A stretch of 64,000 bases of DNA. It comes from Octopus vulgaris. Lineage: Eukaryota. The stretch covers positions 90,148,001-90,212,000 of the forward strand of contig OX597823.1 in the NCBI GenBank assembly GCA_951406725.2. Direction: 5' to 3'. Under the pieces are notes generated by a model. It saw only the letters and a program-made list of their open reading frames with translations, was not told the origin of the DNA and ran no database searches. Both the position numbers and the translations under genes were made by a program. Positions within the stretch are counted from its first letter, which is position 1, and the number at the start of each line of letters is the position of its first letter. Shown piece after piece: positions 40,093 through 52,718 of this stretch.

Positions 40093-40622
40093 AACAACAA
40101 ACAAGATGAGGACAAATATCCGTCAAATGTAAATAAAGTAAATAATGTTTATACACTTGTCTTCATCTTTTGTTTTTCTGTAAATTTCAACTATTATTAT
40201 ATATATATATATATATATTTTTTTTATCTGGTGAAGATCAGTTTATGGGGTTACCCTGGGTTTCCCATCCATAAAGGGCTTTTGTTTTTACTTTTGACTT
40301 GCCTGTGTATATATAGTAGATCCTGAAAGGTCTAGCACTTAATTTTGGGATTGAAATCTATACCAACTCAAGATGCTTAACTGAATGCTATTGCATAATA
40401 CTGAAGCTCCCATCATCTCCATCTAGAGCATGAACCCAGTACTGTAACAGCTTAAGTTTCAGGGGCCCAAACCCATAGTAATCCCATAAACCAGCCTCCA
40501 CCAGATGAAAATATAGACTGCTCTTTCTTAGAGTGTGCTTCTCTGGATTTATGTTTTTCTAAAAAAGATATATATATATCATTATATATATTATATACAT
40601 GTGTGTGTTTATATAAATGTAC

Positions 40623-40687
<65 letters not shown>

Positions 40688-40949
40688 AGATACATATATG
40701 TATAGATACAGATCTACACACATTCACCATACATGCATGCATCATACATGCATGCACACATAATATATATACACACACATGCAATCTGATTCAATGACAT
40801 CAATTCACAAAATCAGTGCACCAGGACTGCTGGGTCACCATGAACGCACTCACATGATTCACAGCGCCACAAACAAGGGCAGCAGTGATATTACAAACCA
40901 GAGGGAAAAACCAGCAGATTGAAGAATAAAATTGTGTGACAAAAATTGG

Positions 40950-42445
40950 TGAGATTTAGGAAGTTGATGTGCATGGGTAGCATGGTGGTGGTGATGGGGA
41001 GTGGGGTGAGAAGCAGAGCAAAGGAAGTTGTTACAGAACATATGAAGAATGCAGCCAGTCATGCTGTGATTTCTCCTGAGAATGGTGTACAATGTGCTTC
41101 CATCGTATGGGTGGGGCTGAGTATGAAAGTGGTGGAGGATGCTGTGATGCTGCCAATTGTCACTGGTGTTGAGGCTATGTTTTGTTTAAGGATATTCTGT
41201 CATTACTGCAAGTCATGTCTGGTAGAATATTTTTGCTGGCATAAGCAAGTATGGAACTTCCATCCTGGTGTTCTACATACAACAACAATATGCTACCATC
41301 AATGATGATAGGAATCATCATGAAGCTGCTTTCTGCTGTTTTCTGTAATGAAGACAGGAAATAGCAATGCCAGGAATGAATAACTGGAAAGGGTCATGTG
41401 GAATTAGGAGAATTATGTGCATTTCCAAATCAGCTGTGTGACCCTTCTCTGGATGCATTCAAGGATGTCAGTGTATGTAGCCGTAACACTGTCCCAGAGC
41501 TGGGAGCAATACCATACTGTTGTTTGTTCCTTCTCGAGCCATGCCTGGCTCATAAGGGCTGGTTTCCCGGGTTTCCTTGGCATATAGGTTCCCCACCTGG
41601 ACGGGACGCCAGTCTGTCGCAGGTGAGCTGCAAGATGCAGGAGGAAAGAGTGAGAGAAAGTTGTGGCGAAAGAGTCAGCAGAAGTTCGCCATTACCTTCT
41701 GCCGGAGCCGTGTGGAGCTTAGGTGTTTCGCTCATAAACACACACATCACCTGGTCTGAGATTCAAACCCGCGATCCCTCGACCGCGAGTCCGCTGCTCT
41801 AACCACTAGGCCATGTGCCTCCACAATACCATACTGTGGGTCTCATTTGAGTCCTGTAGAATGTCAGCAGTTGTTGGGGGTTGAAATATCTTCAGGCAGT
41901 GATCTTTCAGAGAAAGTATATCAAAATTGAAAGTATTTGTTTGGTAATTTCCATGAAAAATTTTTATCTCTGTAATTTGATATACTTTCTCTGAAAGATT
42001 GCCTCTTCTGACCCTAAAGAGAAGGGCTAGTCTTGGTGATGCAATCCTAGCTGTATTCATCATCATCATCATCATCATCATCATCGTTTAACATCCGTTT
42101 TCCGTGCTAGCACGGGTTGGACGGTTTGACCAGGGTCTGGGAAGCCAGGGGCTGCACCAGGCTCCAGTCTGATCTGGCAGTGTTTCTACAGCTGGATGCC
42201 CTTCCTAACACCAACCACTCCGCGATGGATGCATTTTTGTCACAAGAAATTTTTGATGACAGTGAAGCCAAGCATATGGAGTAGAGCTGTATTTGAGAGC
42301 CACTCATATTTAATGGAGTGAGGCATGGTACAGTGGTGTTTTCTTCATATAAGTAGTGCTTGAGTGCATGACCCAACTTGAGGAGGCTCTCAAGATTTCT
42401 GTTTATGCAAATTTGGCAAGTCATGTCTGGGGTCACATATACATA
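40950..42445 (-). mobile_element. Degenerate CR1/Jockey-group LINE 3' region, split by a SINE and an RTE tail
   Basis: Similar to 18050-18440 (e.g. GAAGGG(G)CTAGTCTT; INRNLESLL vs INGNLESLL). Contains ILECIQRRVTQLI. Confidence 0.55.
41521..41823 (-). mobile_element. tRNA-derived SINE (head H1, tail T3 with V-domain-like CCTGCGACAGACTGGCGTCCCGTCCAGG)
   Basis: Perfect 14-bp TSD CAATACCATACTGT at 41507-41520 and 41824-41837. Inserted into a LINE relic. Confidence 0.85.
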
Positions 42446-42739
42446 CACACATACAAACACATACATCCTACAGAAATGCATACATGCACATATATATATT
42501 CATATACATACATACATACACACAAACACAAACACACACATTGTGGTGCACCTGAGCACTGTATACAATAATTTCATTATTATTATTATACCTACTAAAA
42601 TACATACATACACATATGTATTCATATACATACATGAACATACATACATATAGATAGACACGCATACATGTATAAATATAATATATATGAATATATCTAC
42701 ATAGAGTCATACATAAATATACATATATGCACATACATA

Positions 42740-43157
42740 GGCGCAGGAGTGGCTGTGTGGTAAGTAGCTTATTTACCAACCACATGGTTCCGGGTTCAGT
42801 CCCACTGCGTGGCACCTTGGGCAAGTGTCTTCTACTATAGCCTCGGGCCGACCAAAGCCTTGTGAGTGGATTTGGTTGGTGGAAACTGAAAGAAGCCCGT
42901 CGTATATATGTATATATATATGTGTGTGTATGTGTATGTGTGTTTGTGTGTCTGTGTTTGTCCCCCTAGCATTGCTTGACAACCGATGCTGGTGTGTTTA
43001 TGTCCCCGTTACTTAGCGGTTTGGCAAAAGAGACCGATAGAATAAGTACTGGGCTTACAAAGAATAAGTCCCGGGGTCGAGCTGCTCGACTAAAGGCGGT
43101 ACTCCAGCATGGCCGCAGTCAAATGACTGAAACAAGTAAAAGAGAGAGTAAAAGAGT
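42740..43157 (+). mobile_element. Abundant tRNA-derived CORE-like SINE with internal (TA)n(TG)n microsatellite (family A), full-length copy
   Basis: A box TGGCTGTGTGG, B box GGTTCAGTCC, CORE-like CACCTTGGGCAAGTG, tail ...GACTGAAACAAGTAAAAGA. Further copies or parts at ~12720-12910(+), 19825-20260(+), 21475-21880(+), 36449-36846(+), 44075-44135(+), 44636-44762(-), 51530-51860(-), 51890-52100(+). Confidence 0.9.
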
Positions 43158-43318
43158 AATACACACATACACATAGATTATAAACATATAGACACACATT
43201 CACACACACACACACATAGATATACATGTGTACACACATATAGATCTACAAATATATCGACATTCATACATAGATATCTGATCCCTGTATATATACACAT
43301 ACATACACATGTATGCGT

Positions 43319-43354
<36 letters not shown>

Positions 43355-43684
43355 GTGAATTCTGCATAAACTAAGTCCCGCACTATAAATACTAGGGGTC
43401 AATGTAATCAACAAATCTCATCTTTTTAGAAATAGCTGGCCTTGTGCCAAAAATTTTAATCCATTATTATTGTTGTTGCTATTATTATTATTGTTGTTAT
43501 TATTATTATCATTATTATTATTATTATTACAGTTATTTTTGTTGTTATTGTAGTTATATTATAATTATCATCATTATTGTTGTTGTTGTTATTATTGTTA
43601 TTATTGTTGTTGTTATTATTATTGTTATTGTTATTTTTGTTGTTATGGTAGTTGTATTATTATTATTGTAATTATTACTACTAC

Positions 43685-43720
<36 letters not shown>

Positions 43721-45404
43721 CATCGTTGTTGTTGTTGTTGTTTTTACAGATTCAGTTTACTTTAATAATCTAATGGAGTCTTTTAAGTCATACTTTGAAA
43801 CTCCTTGGCTCATTCATGCACGAAGATGTTAGCAAAAACATATCTCTTTGGTATTTCCTGGAGGAATTCTCCCAGTTGCCATTCTTCTTTGATTTGTTGC
43901 AGAATGATGATTACTAGAACAGTGCTGGCTCAGGTGGGGAAAAAAAGAAAAAAAGAAAAAAAACTGGAAAGGAAAAGGTGTGTGGCAATGTGTTTATGTG
44001 CCATGAGCTTGGTATTTGGTAGAAGCCAGGGGTCAATCTTAAGGTGAATTTGCATAAAAATGATTCACACAGATGCTCCCAGGCACATGGTTCCAGGTTC
44101 AGTCCCACTGCATAGTACATTGGGCAAGTGTCTTCTTATTTCTTTATTGCCCACAAGGAGCTACACACAGAGGAGACAAATGGATTAAGTCAATTACATT
44201 GACCCCAGTGCATAACAGGTACTTAATTTATCGACCCCGAAAGGATGAAAGGCAAAGTCGACCTTGGCGGAATTTGAACTCAGAACGTAGTGGCTGATGA
44301 AATACCTATTACTTTACTACCCACAAGGGGCTAAACACAGAGAGGACAAACAAGGACAGACAAACGGATTAAGTCGATTATATCGACCCCAGTGTGTAAC
44401 TGGTACTTAATTTATTCGACTCCGAAAGGATGAAAGGCAAAGTCGACCTCGGTGGAATTCGAACTCAGAACGTAGTGGCAGATGAAATACTGCTAAGCAT
44501 TTCACCGGGTGTGCTAACGTTTTTGCTAGCTTGCCGCCTTAAGTGTCTTCTACTATATGCCAGCTCCTGTTAAACTGTGCAACCAATGCCAGTATGGAAA
44601 ATGGACATTAAATGATGACAATGATGATGACAATAAGCTTCTTTCAGTTTCCGTCTACCAAATCCATTCACAAGGCTTTGGTCGGCCCAAGGCTTTAGTA
44701 AAAGACACTTGCCCAAGATGCCATACTGTGGGATTGAACCCAGAACGACATGGTTGGGAAGCATATGAGACAATTTGGCAGTCATCAGCAGGTCAGATAG
44801 GATGAATTCCTCCTCATAGTATTCATTTTAATTCTGCATACTCTGAGTTCTAATCCTGCCAATCTCAACATTGCTTTTTGTTTTTTGTGGGGTGCGATAA
44901 ACAGAGGAAAGATGTTAGAGTGTCAAATAAGACATCTTGCCTTATCTCGTCCAACTTTTTGTGTTCTGACAGCAATCCCTGGAATGACACTGGTATTAAG
45001 CTGTATTAACTATGCCTTTTTATTTGAAATAATGGCTGACAGAGAGAGAGAGAATTGAGGAAAGATTTGTCTAGGCTTGTGTTTCCAAGAGGAACCTCAC
45101 AGATGTAGATTCTCAGATTACTTCTAACACATGACAATGGCCATTTGTATAATATATGAGGAATTTAAGTATTTCATCCAATGCTGTATTCATTCAGTAC
45201 AATGGTTGAACAAACCATGAAATGTAATTTAAAATCTGAGTTAAAACATATTTTGTTATAAATTTAATTCTATTTTCCATATTGGGTTTCGTCACTCAGT
45301 AAACCTGTTTGTGTTCTTTAACTTCCATTCAAATAGCTCTGTCAACTATAATCCATATTTCTTCATATTGCTTTGAATTAATCATTCATTATTTCAGATT
45401 TTCA

Positions 45405-45910
45405 TGATCATGATGATGATCATCATCGTTTAACGTCCGCTTTTCATGCTAGCATGGGTTGGACGATTTTTACTGAGGGCTGGCAAACCAGATGGCTGCA
45501 TTAGGCTCCAATCTTGATCTGGCAGAGTTTCTACAGCTGGATGCCCTTCCTAACACCAACCACTCAAAGAGTGTAGTGGGGCCAGTCAGGTGGTACTGGC
45601 AACGACCTCACTTGAATCTTTTTGCACATGCCACCGGTACAGGTGCCAGTAAGGTGATGCTGGTAACAAACATGCTTGAATGGTGCCTTTTACGTGCCAC
45701 CGGCATGGACCAGTTAGCCACTCTGGCAACGATCACGCTTGGATGGTGCTCTTAGCACCCTACTAGCACGGGCACAAGTGCCAGTAAGGCGACACTGGTA
45801 ACGATCACACTTGATTGGTGCCTTTTATGTGCCACTGGCATCGAAGCAGGTTAGCTGTTCTGTCAACGATCACACTCGTATGGTGCTCTTTGCACCCTGC
45901 TAGCACAGAT
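45405..45910 (-). mobile_element. RTE 3'-UTR-only copy with internal ~60-bp tandem subrepeats
   Basis: (CAT)nCGTTTAACGTCCGC..CATGCTAGCATGGGTTGGAC. Related copies at 13-210(-), 7425-7620(-), 20445-20758(+), 21879-22200(-), 23285-23475(+), 24260-24440(+), 38505-38815(+), 42058-42222(-). Confidence 0.8.
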
Positions 45911-46149
45911 GGCAGTCATCGAATTTGATTTTGATTTGTAATTGTAAATTTTTAGAATGACATTATAGGGTAGGTGTGAGAGGTCTGATCTGGCCAGTTT
46001 GAGGTGGATATGGCTGGTTTAAATGCTAAAGGCTTAAATTAGTAAACTTTATTCAGCTCACACATGTGCACATCTCTATATATACATGCATACATATCCA
46101 TCCATCCATCCATTCATCCATCCATCTATAATATATATATACACACATG

Positions 46150-46197
<48 letters not shown>

Positions 46198-46937
46198 ATC
46201 ATCATCATCATCATCATCACCATTGTCATCATCATCATCATTATCATCATCATTACCATCATCAACATTTAACGTCCACTTTCCATACTGAAAACTGGTA
46301 AGCTGTGGGAGGTGGGGCTTACCAGGTCCCAATCTGATCGGGCCTTTTTTATTATGGCTGGATGCCCTTCCTTGTAACAATAAATTTTTAGTTAATTTTT
46401 AACTTGGTTTTAGTCTAATTTTAGTTTAGTTTAATTTTAATTCCAAATTTTTAAATTATAAGTTTAATTTTTAGTTTAACATTTAAAATTCCATTTAACC
46501 GATATAAATAAGATAAATAATGATTTTACTTTTCATAAATATCGGTAAATTTTATCTGACTATTTATTTATTGAAATAAATTAACCACGTAAATTAATTT
46601 TTCCTTCTTATATATATTTTTCCTATCTTTTACTATTTGTAGTCTTTTTAAAATTATCTCCCCTACACTGGAAAGCTTTTAAAATTGAAGATTCAATTTT
46701 CTTTAGTACTGGTATTCATATATGAGAATTATCTCCCCTACAATGGAAATCATATAAATAGAGGACATAATTACTTTAGTAGCCATGTTTAATTTGTGGA
46801 GTTAACTGGCACTCATCAATAAGATTAGTTATGCTTCTACTTCTCTTTAATACTGTTAAATCTTATCGATGATTTCTAAATGTATAGTTTAATTATAATG
46901 TCCTCATTTATGTTGTAAATTTATTTTATGTCATTTA

Positions 46938-47044
46938 GACCTGAAGAGTGGCTATGTATTGTTGGGTCAAAGAAATATTAATTTTTGAGATTATCAATTT
47001 TGATATTGTGGATTTAAATATATTGTCATGAAACGTGTGTAGTC
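46938..47044 (+). ncRNA. Hammerhead-like motif with long stem II
   Basis: GAC-CTGAAGA-GTGGCTATGTATT...AATATATTGTCAT-GAAAC-GTGT-GTA-GTC. Confidence 0.6.
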
Positions 47045-47294
47045 ATTTTAATGTGTATTATTTAGTATAGTAATTTTTAGTACACTATTAATAATATATT
47101 TAAATTAATATTTTATTATAGATAATATATTTCGTTATTAATTGAATTACTGTATGGAGGTTCTGCCTCTTAATTCTATATATATATAATATATCGATAA
47201 ATTTGATTTAGTATTACTAAATTGAGTCTGTTTTCCTCTGTTACCTTGGAATTATATATTCAAAAGCACCGGGAGAAATATTAATAATAATAAT

Positions 47295-47373
<79 letters not shown>

Positions 47374-47485
47374 TGTATGTATGTATGTATGTATGTATGT
47401 ATATGTATGTATGTATATATATATGTATGTATATGTATGTATGTATATATATATGTATGTACATATATATATGTATGTATATATA

Positions 47486-47895
47486 TTCTTTTACTTGTTT
47501 CAGTCATTTGACTGTGGCTATACTGGAGAACCGTCTTTAGTTGAGCAAATCAGTTCCAGGACTTATTCTTTGTAAGCCTAGTATTTATTTTATAGGCCTC
47601 TTTTGCCAAGCTGCTAAGTTACGGGGATGTAAACACACCAACATCGGTTGTCAAGCGATGTTGGGGGAGGGGGGCAAACACAAACATACAAACATATACA
47701 CACACATACATTTATATATTATATATATATATATATACAATGGGCTTCTTTCAGTTTCCGTCCACCAAATCTACCCACAAGGCTTTGGTTGGCCCAAAGC
47801 TATAGTAGAAGACACTTTTCCAAGCTGCAGTGCAGTGGGACTGAACATTGAACCACATGGTTGGGAAGGAAGCTACTTACCACACAGCCGCTCCA
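47486..47895 (-). mobile_element. Family A SINE
   Basis: Homology to 42740-43157. Confidence 0.85.
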
Positions 47896-48068
47896 CATGT
47901 TGCCAGTGGCTTATATATCTGAAGATGAAACATACTCTGAAACAGAGACCTATAATGTATTTACAAGCAGTTAGGTATATGTCCGGTCATGGAGTGACCA
48001 ATGGTTTCCCATCCTTAAGGTGCTTAGCTCTATGCACGACTCATCAAACCCTAATGCTTCTGGCATTA

Positions 48069-48128
48069 GGATCTGATGAGTCATCCATAGAGCTAAGCGC
48101 CTTAAGGATGTGAAACCATTGGTCACTC
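48069..48128 (+). ncRNA. Hammerhead-like motif in the right arm of a 201-bp palindrome (antisense copy at 47992-48051)
   Basis: ggat-CTGATGA-gtCATCC..GGATGt-GAAA-CC-ATT-GG-TC-actc. The minus-strand copy has GGGT/ACTC stem I. Confidence 0.6.
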
Positions 48129-48201
48129 TATGACCGGACATATACCTAACTACATGTAAACAATATACACACACACACACAGATACATATATATGTATAT
48201 T

Positions 48202-48261
<60 letters not shown>

Positions 48262-48394
48262 TATATATATACACACACACACACACACACCATCGTGATA
48301 TACATGTATACATTCATACACTCGATACATACACATATAAAAACTACTTATTTTACATATACACATATATGTATATATCCCCCTCTTGGTCATC

Positions 48395-49485
48395 TTAGTC
48401 CTCCAGGCAATAAGAGAGGAATTCAAGACAGGATGCCCCTGGGAACTCCTCTATGCTGATGACCTTGCTCTTATAGCTAAGTCACTACCTTAACTAGAGA
48501 AGAAGTTCCAGGTATGGAAACAAGGTCTAGAATCAAAGAGCCTTAGAGTTAACCTAGCAAAATCCAAAGTCCTAGTAAGTAGGAAGGCAGATAAATCACA
48601 AATCCCTTCAGGTGAATGGCCATGCTCGATCTGTAGAAAAGGTGTAGATATAAACTCCATAGGATGCTCCCGGTGTAAGCTTTGGACACAAAAGGTGCAG
48701 CAATATCAAAGAAAGGCCAACAGGGAAACTAGCTTTTGCATGTGAAAGATGCAAGCTAGAAGTAGTAGATAGCTTCTGTTATCTAGGTAACCAAGTTAGT
48801 AGTGGGGGTTGATGCTCCAATACAGTGTTAGCATCTTGAGAGAAAAGTTGGGCGTAAGAGGCATTCAGATGCAGTGTGCAAGAGAGATGACTGCGCTGGC
48901 ATGGTCATGTAATGCATATGAACAAGACAGCTATGTAAAGAAGTGCTGATCTCTAACTGTGGAGGGAACCTGTGGTAGAGGTGGACCCAGGAAGATATGA
49001 GATGAGGTGGTTAAGCATGATCTTTGAATGTTGAGCCTCACAAAGGCAATGACTAGTGACTGAGACCTTAGGTGATGTGCCGTGCTTGAGAGGACCCATC
49101 AAGCCAAGTGAAATCATAATCATGGTAACTGGTACCCATGCTGGTAACACATAAAGAACATCTTTCGAGCGTTGAGCCTCATGGAGGCAAAGTGGCTAAG
49201 TTCCTTTTGAATGTTGGGCTTCATGGAAGCAATTAATGAGACCTTTGCCACTATGTCATACTTGAGAAGATGACCCATCAAGCTGAGCATTTGTGGTAGA
49301 TATCAGTGTCATGTAAAAGCACCCATTACACCCTTGGAGTGGTTGCTGTTAGGAAGGGCATCCAGCCATAGAAAACCATGCCATATCAGAGTGGAGTCTG
49401 GTGCAGCCTTCCAGCATGCTAGCCCAGTCAAACCGTCCAACCCATGCCAGCATGGACAATAGACGTTAAATAACGATGATGATCA
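48395..49485 (+). mobile_element. RTE-clade LINE, 5'-truncated and internally deleted
   Basis: Translates to VLQAIREEFKTGCPWELLYADDLALIA (RT YADD), a CxxC..CxxC segment, LRWHGHVMHM and LTVEGTCGRGGPRKI. 3' UTR ends in (GAT)n. Confidence 0.88.
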
Positions 49486-49579
49486 CACACACACACATAT
49501 ATTTATGTATGTATATCTATCTATCTATATATATCTACACACACTTGTATATACATATATGTATGTATACATAGATCTA

Positions 49580-49616
<37 letters not shown>

Positions 49617-50457
49617 GTTAATAAAATATATGCATATATATAAACATATATGTACGTACCTACCTCTACATGTACATATACACGCATATATGTGTACAGG
49701 ACACCAAAAGGACGTCGAACACATAGAGAGACGAAAAACATAGACACAAACCAAGGAACAAGACAAGCAAAAAAAGGAGATACAGGACAATAAGCACAAC
49801 GAAAAATCCCCTTCTTCAGTCGCTAAAGTTTCATCTACTAAACGTTTCAAAGGATAAAAGCGAGACGTATACTTCGAATGAAAAATTCCTTCCTGCGAAA
49901 AGCAAATCAATTAAAATTCTGAGATCTTGTCGCAGAGGGGTAAAAAAAGCAAGACGGTAACGACAGTACAAACATATAAACAGTAAAAAATATATATATA
50001 AACAGTGGAAAAATAAATATATAACAGTGAGAGACAGGACAAGGAGAACAAGATAAGAAGGGCTGTTAACGCCAGACGAAAAAAGTATTGCAAACGCTGG
50101 ATTATAGTGGACGACGAGAGAGGAAGATGTCGACCAGTGGCCTTAGAAGGCAGGTGAGAAAAGACGGGATAGCAGTTACGACGGAAGTTCGTCGCAGATG
50201 GACGACGGGAATGGGGGAGAAGGAGCAAGAGGAAGAGAGAGAAGAAGGGGAATGGTGCGAGGAGACCATGAAGAACAGTGAGGGGGAGAGAGAGAGGAAG
50301 AGACAAGTTAAGTGAGGGAAAAAAGACGAGAAAGGGAATGGGAGAGAAAGAAAGAAAGATGCAGAGTCGCGTGAGAGTTAATATCAAGGCGAACTTGATA
50401 AACAGAACAATCTTACTTAATAGGGTGCGTGCGTTTAGTCGTATAATATGTTAATAA

Positions 50458-50532
<75 letters not shown>

Positions 50533-50760
50533 TATGACTAGATCTGTTTATATTTGTGTCTCAGTCTTTCTATGTGCATGTGTGCTTGTGTGTGTATAAA
50601 TAAATACACACACACACACACACACACACACAGAAGGAGAGAGAAAGGGAGACAGAGATATAAATAGATATAGTTATATATACATACATATGCACACACT
50701 GTGTATGTGTGTGTGTGTGAATATATATATATATATATATATATATCTGTCTCTCTCTTG

Positions 50761-50810
<50 letters not shown>

Positions 50811-51139
50811 GAGAGGGTTGCAGAAAGGAAGGAAGGGAGGGTGTGAGGGAGAGGAGATAGAAATCAAGGTCATGTTTCATGTGAAAGAACTCCGTGTCTA
50901 TTTGCTACGGCTGTTCTGGGAGAATATTGAGAAGTGATGCCAACAGCGGAGAGGAACAAACTGTGAAGATAAATAAAAATTCGGGCAGATTTTTACATTG
51001 ACTGGCTGACTGACTGAGGAGGAGGAGGAGGGTCTGGTGAAAATTAGGGCAGAAAAAAACATGGGTAGAAGAAGCAAATGTGTGTGTGTGGTTGAGTGAA
51101 TGGTGGTGGGGGAAGAGGTGAATGATGTATAGCGGAAAT

Positions 51140-51178
<39 letters not shown>

Positions 51179-51189
51179 GTATATTACAA

Positions 51190-51487
51190 CTGACACTTCA
51201 TCAGTTATGCTGAAGAGTGTTCCAGTTGATCTAATCAGCCTGTTTGTGAAATTAATGTGCAAGTGGCTGAGTACACCACAGACACGTGTACCCTCAGGAC
51301 GATTCAGCATGACACAGAATGTGACAAGGCAGTCCCTTTTGAAATACAGGTACCATTCATTTTTGCCACCTGAATGGACTAAAGCAATGTGAAATAAAGT
51401 GTCATGTTCAACGACACAGTGCCCCACTGGGTATTGAACTTATGACCTTATGATTATGAGCCAAATACCCTAACGACAAAGCCACAT
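51190..51487 (-). mobile_element. SINE with head H2 and tail T1
   Basis: 5' part matches the 22753 element (GACACTTTATTTCA..). 3' part matches the tail of 56703-57053. Confidence 0.65.
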
Positions 51488-52377
51488 ATCTTTGCATATA
51501 CACATAAATACATTCTTTTCTTTTTCTTAAATTTCTTTTATTTGTTTCAGTCATTTGACTGTGGCCATGCTGGAGCATGGCCTTTAGTTGAACAAATCGA
51601 CCCCAGGACTTGTTCTTTTTAAGCCTAGTACTTATTCTATTGGTTTCTTTTGCCGAACCACTAAGCTACAGGGACGTAAACACACCAGCATTGGTTGTCA
51701 AGTGATGGTAGGGGGAACAAATACAGACACACAAATACACACACACACACACACACACATACTTACGATGGGCTTCTTTCAGTTTCTGTCTATCAAATCC
51801 ATCACAAGGCTTTGGTTGGCCCAAGGCTATAGTAGAAGACACTTGGCCAAGATGCCATTATGTATATATATATATATATCTATATACATATGTGTGTCTG
51901 TGTTTGTTCCCCCAACCATCACTTGACAACTGATGTTGGTGTGTTTATATCCCTGTAACCTAGCAGTTCAGTAAAAGAGATCGATAGAATAAGAACTAAG
52001 CTCACAGAGAATAAGTCCTGGAGTTGATTTGTTCAACTAAAGGCAGTGCTCCAGCATGGCTGCTGTCGAATGACTGAAACAAATAAAAGAATAAAAGAAT
52101 ATATATATATATATAAATACTTTTATCACACTTGTCTACATAATATGTATTATGACATCAATGATTCGTTGATCATTTGAAATAGTTGTAAAGACAAAAC
52201 CCACTAAATCACGTAAACAGTATATGCAAGCCTTCATAAAAATACACTCTTTACACCAAGAATGGTCATTCTTCTAGCCGAATTTTCTACTGATTAAGAA
52301 GTTGGCATTTAAGAATTCTGATCTCTTTGAATGCTACTTGATGACTATTCCAATCTTGCACTCGAATTTTCTCATCC

Positions 52378-52407
<30 letters not shown>

Positions 52408-52411
<4 letters not shown>

Positions 52412-52718
52412 CATGATCACCGTGACCGACCAGGCTATCAGATGTTGCTACACATCGCTGGTCACAATGCACTTTGCATTGTTTTAGCCTTCAAATGATG
52501 CCACCCTGCTGGCTAAGCGAGCAGGCCAACAGAAGAAACAGTGAGAGAAAGTTGTGGCGAATGAGTACAGCAGGGATCGCCACCACCCACCGCCGGAGCC
52601 TCGTGGAGCTTTAGGTGTTTTCACTCAATAAACACTCACAACGCCCGGTCTGGGATTCGAAACGGCGATCCTACAACCACGAGTCCGCTGCCCTAACCAC
52701 TGGGCCATTGCACCTCCA
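52408..52718 (-). mobile_element. tRNA-derived SINE (head H1, tail T2)
   Basis: Homolog of 55961-56267 without U6. Confidence 0.82.

Noticed and set aside
47541-48426. 190-aa and 151-aa ORFs sharing a peptide (VRYMSGH.VTNGF.SLR)
   Set aside because: The shared peptide results from the 47960-48160 palindrome read on both strands. The rest is SINE or microsatellite.
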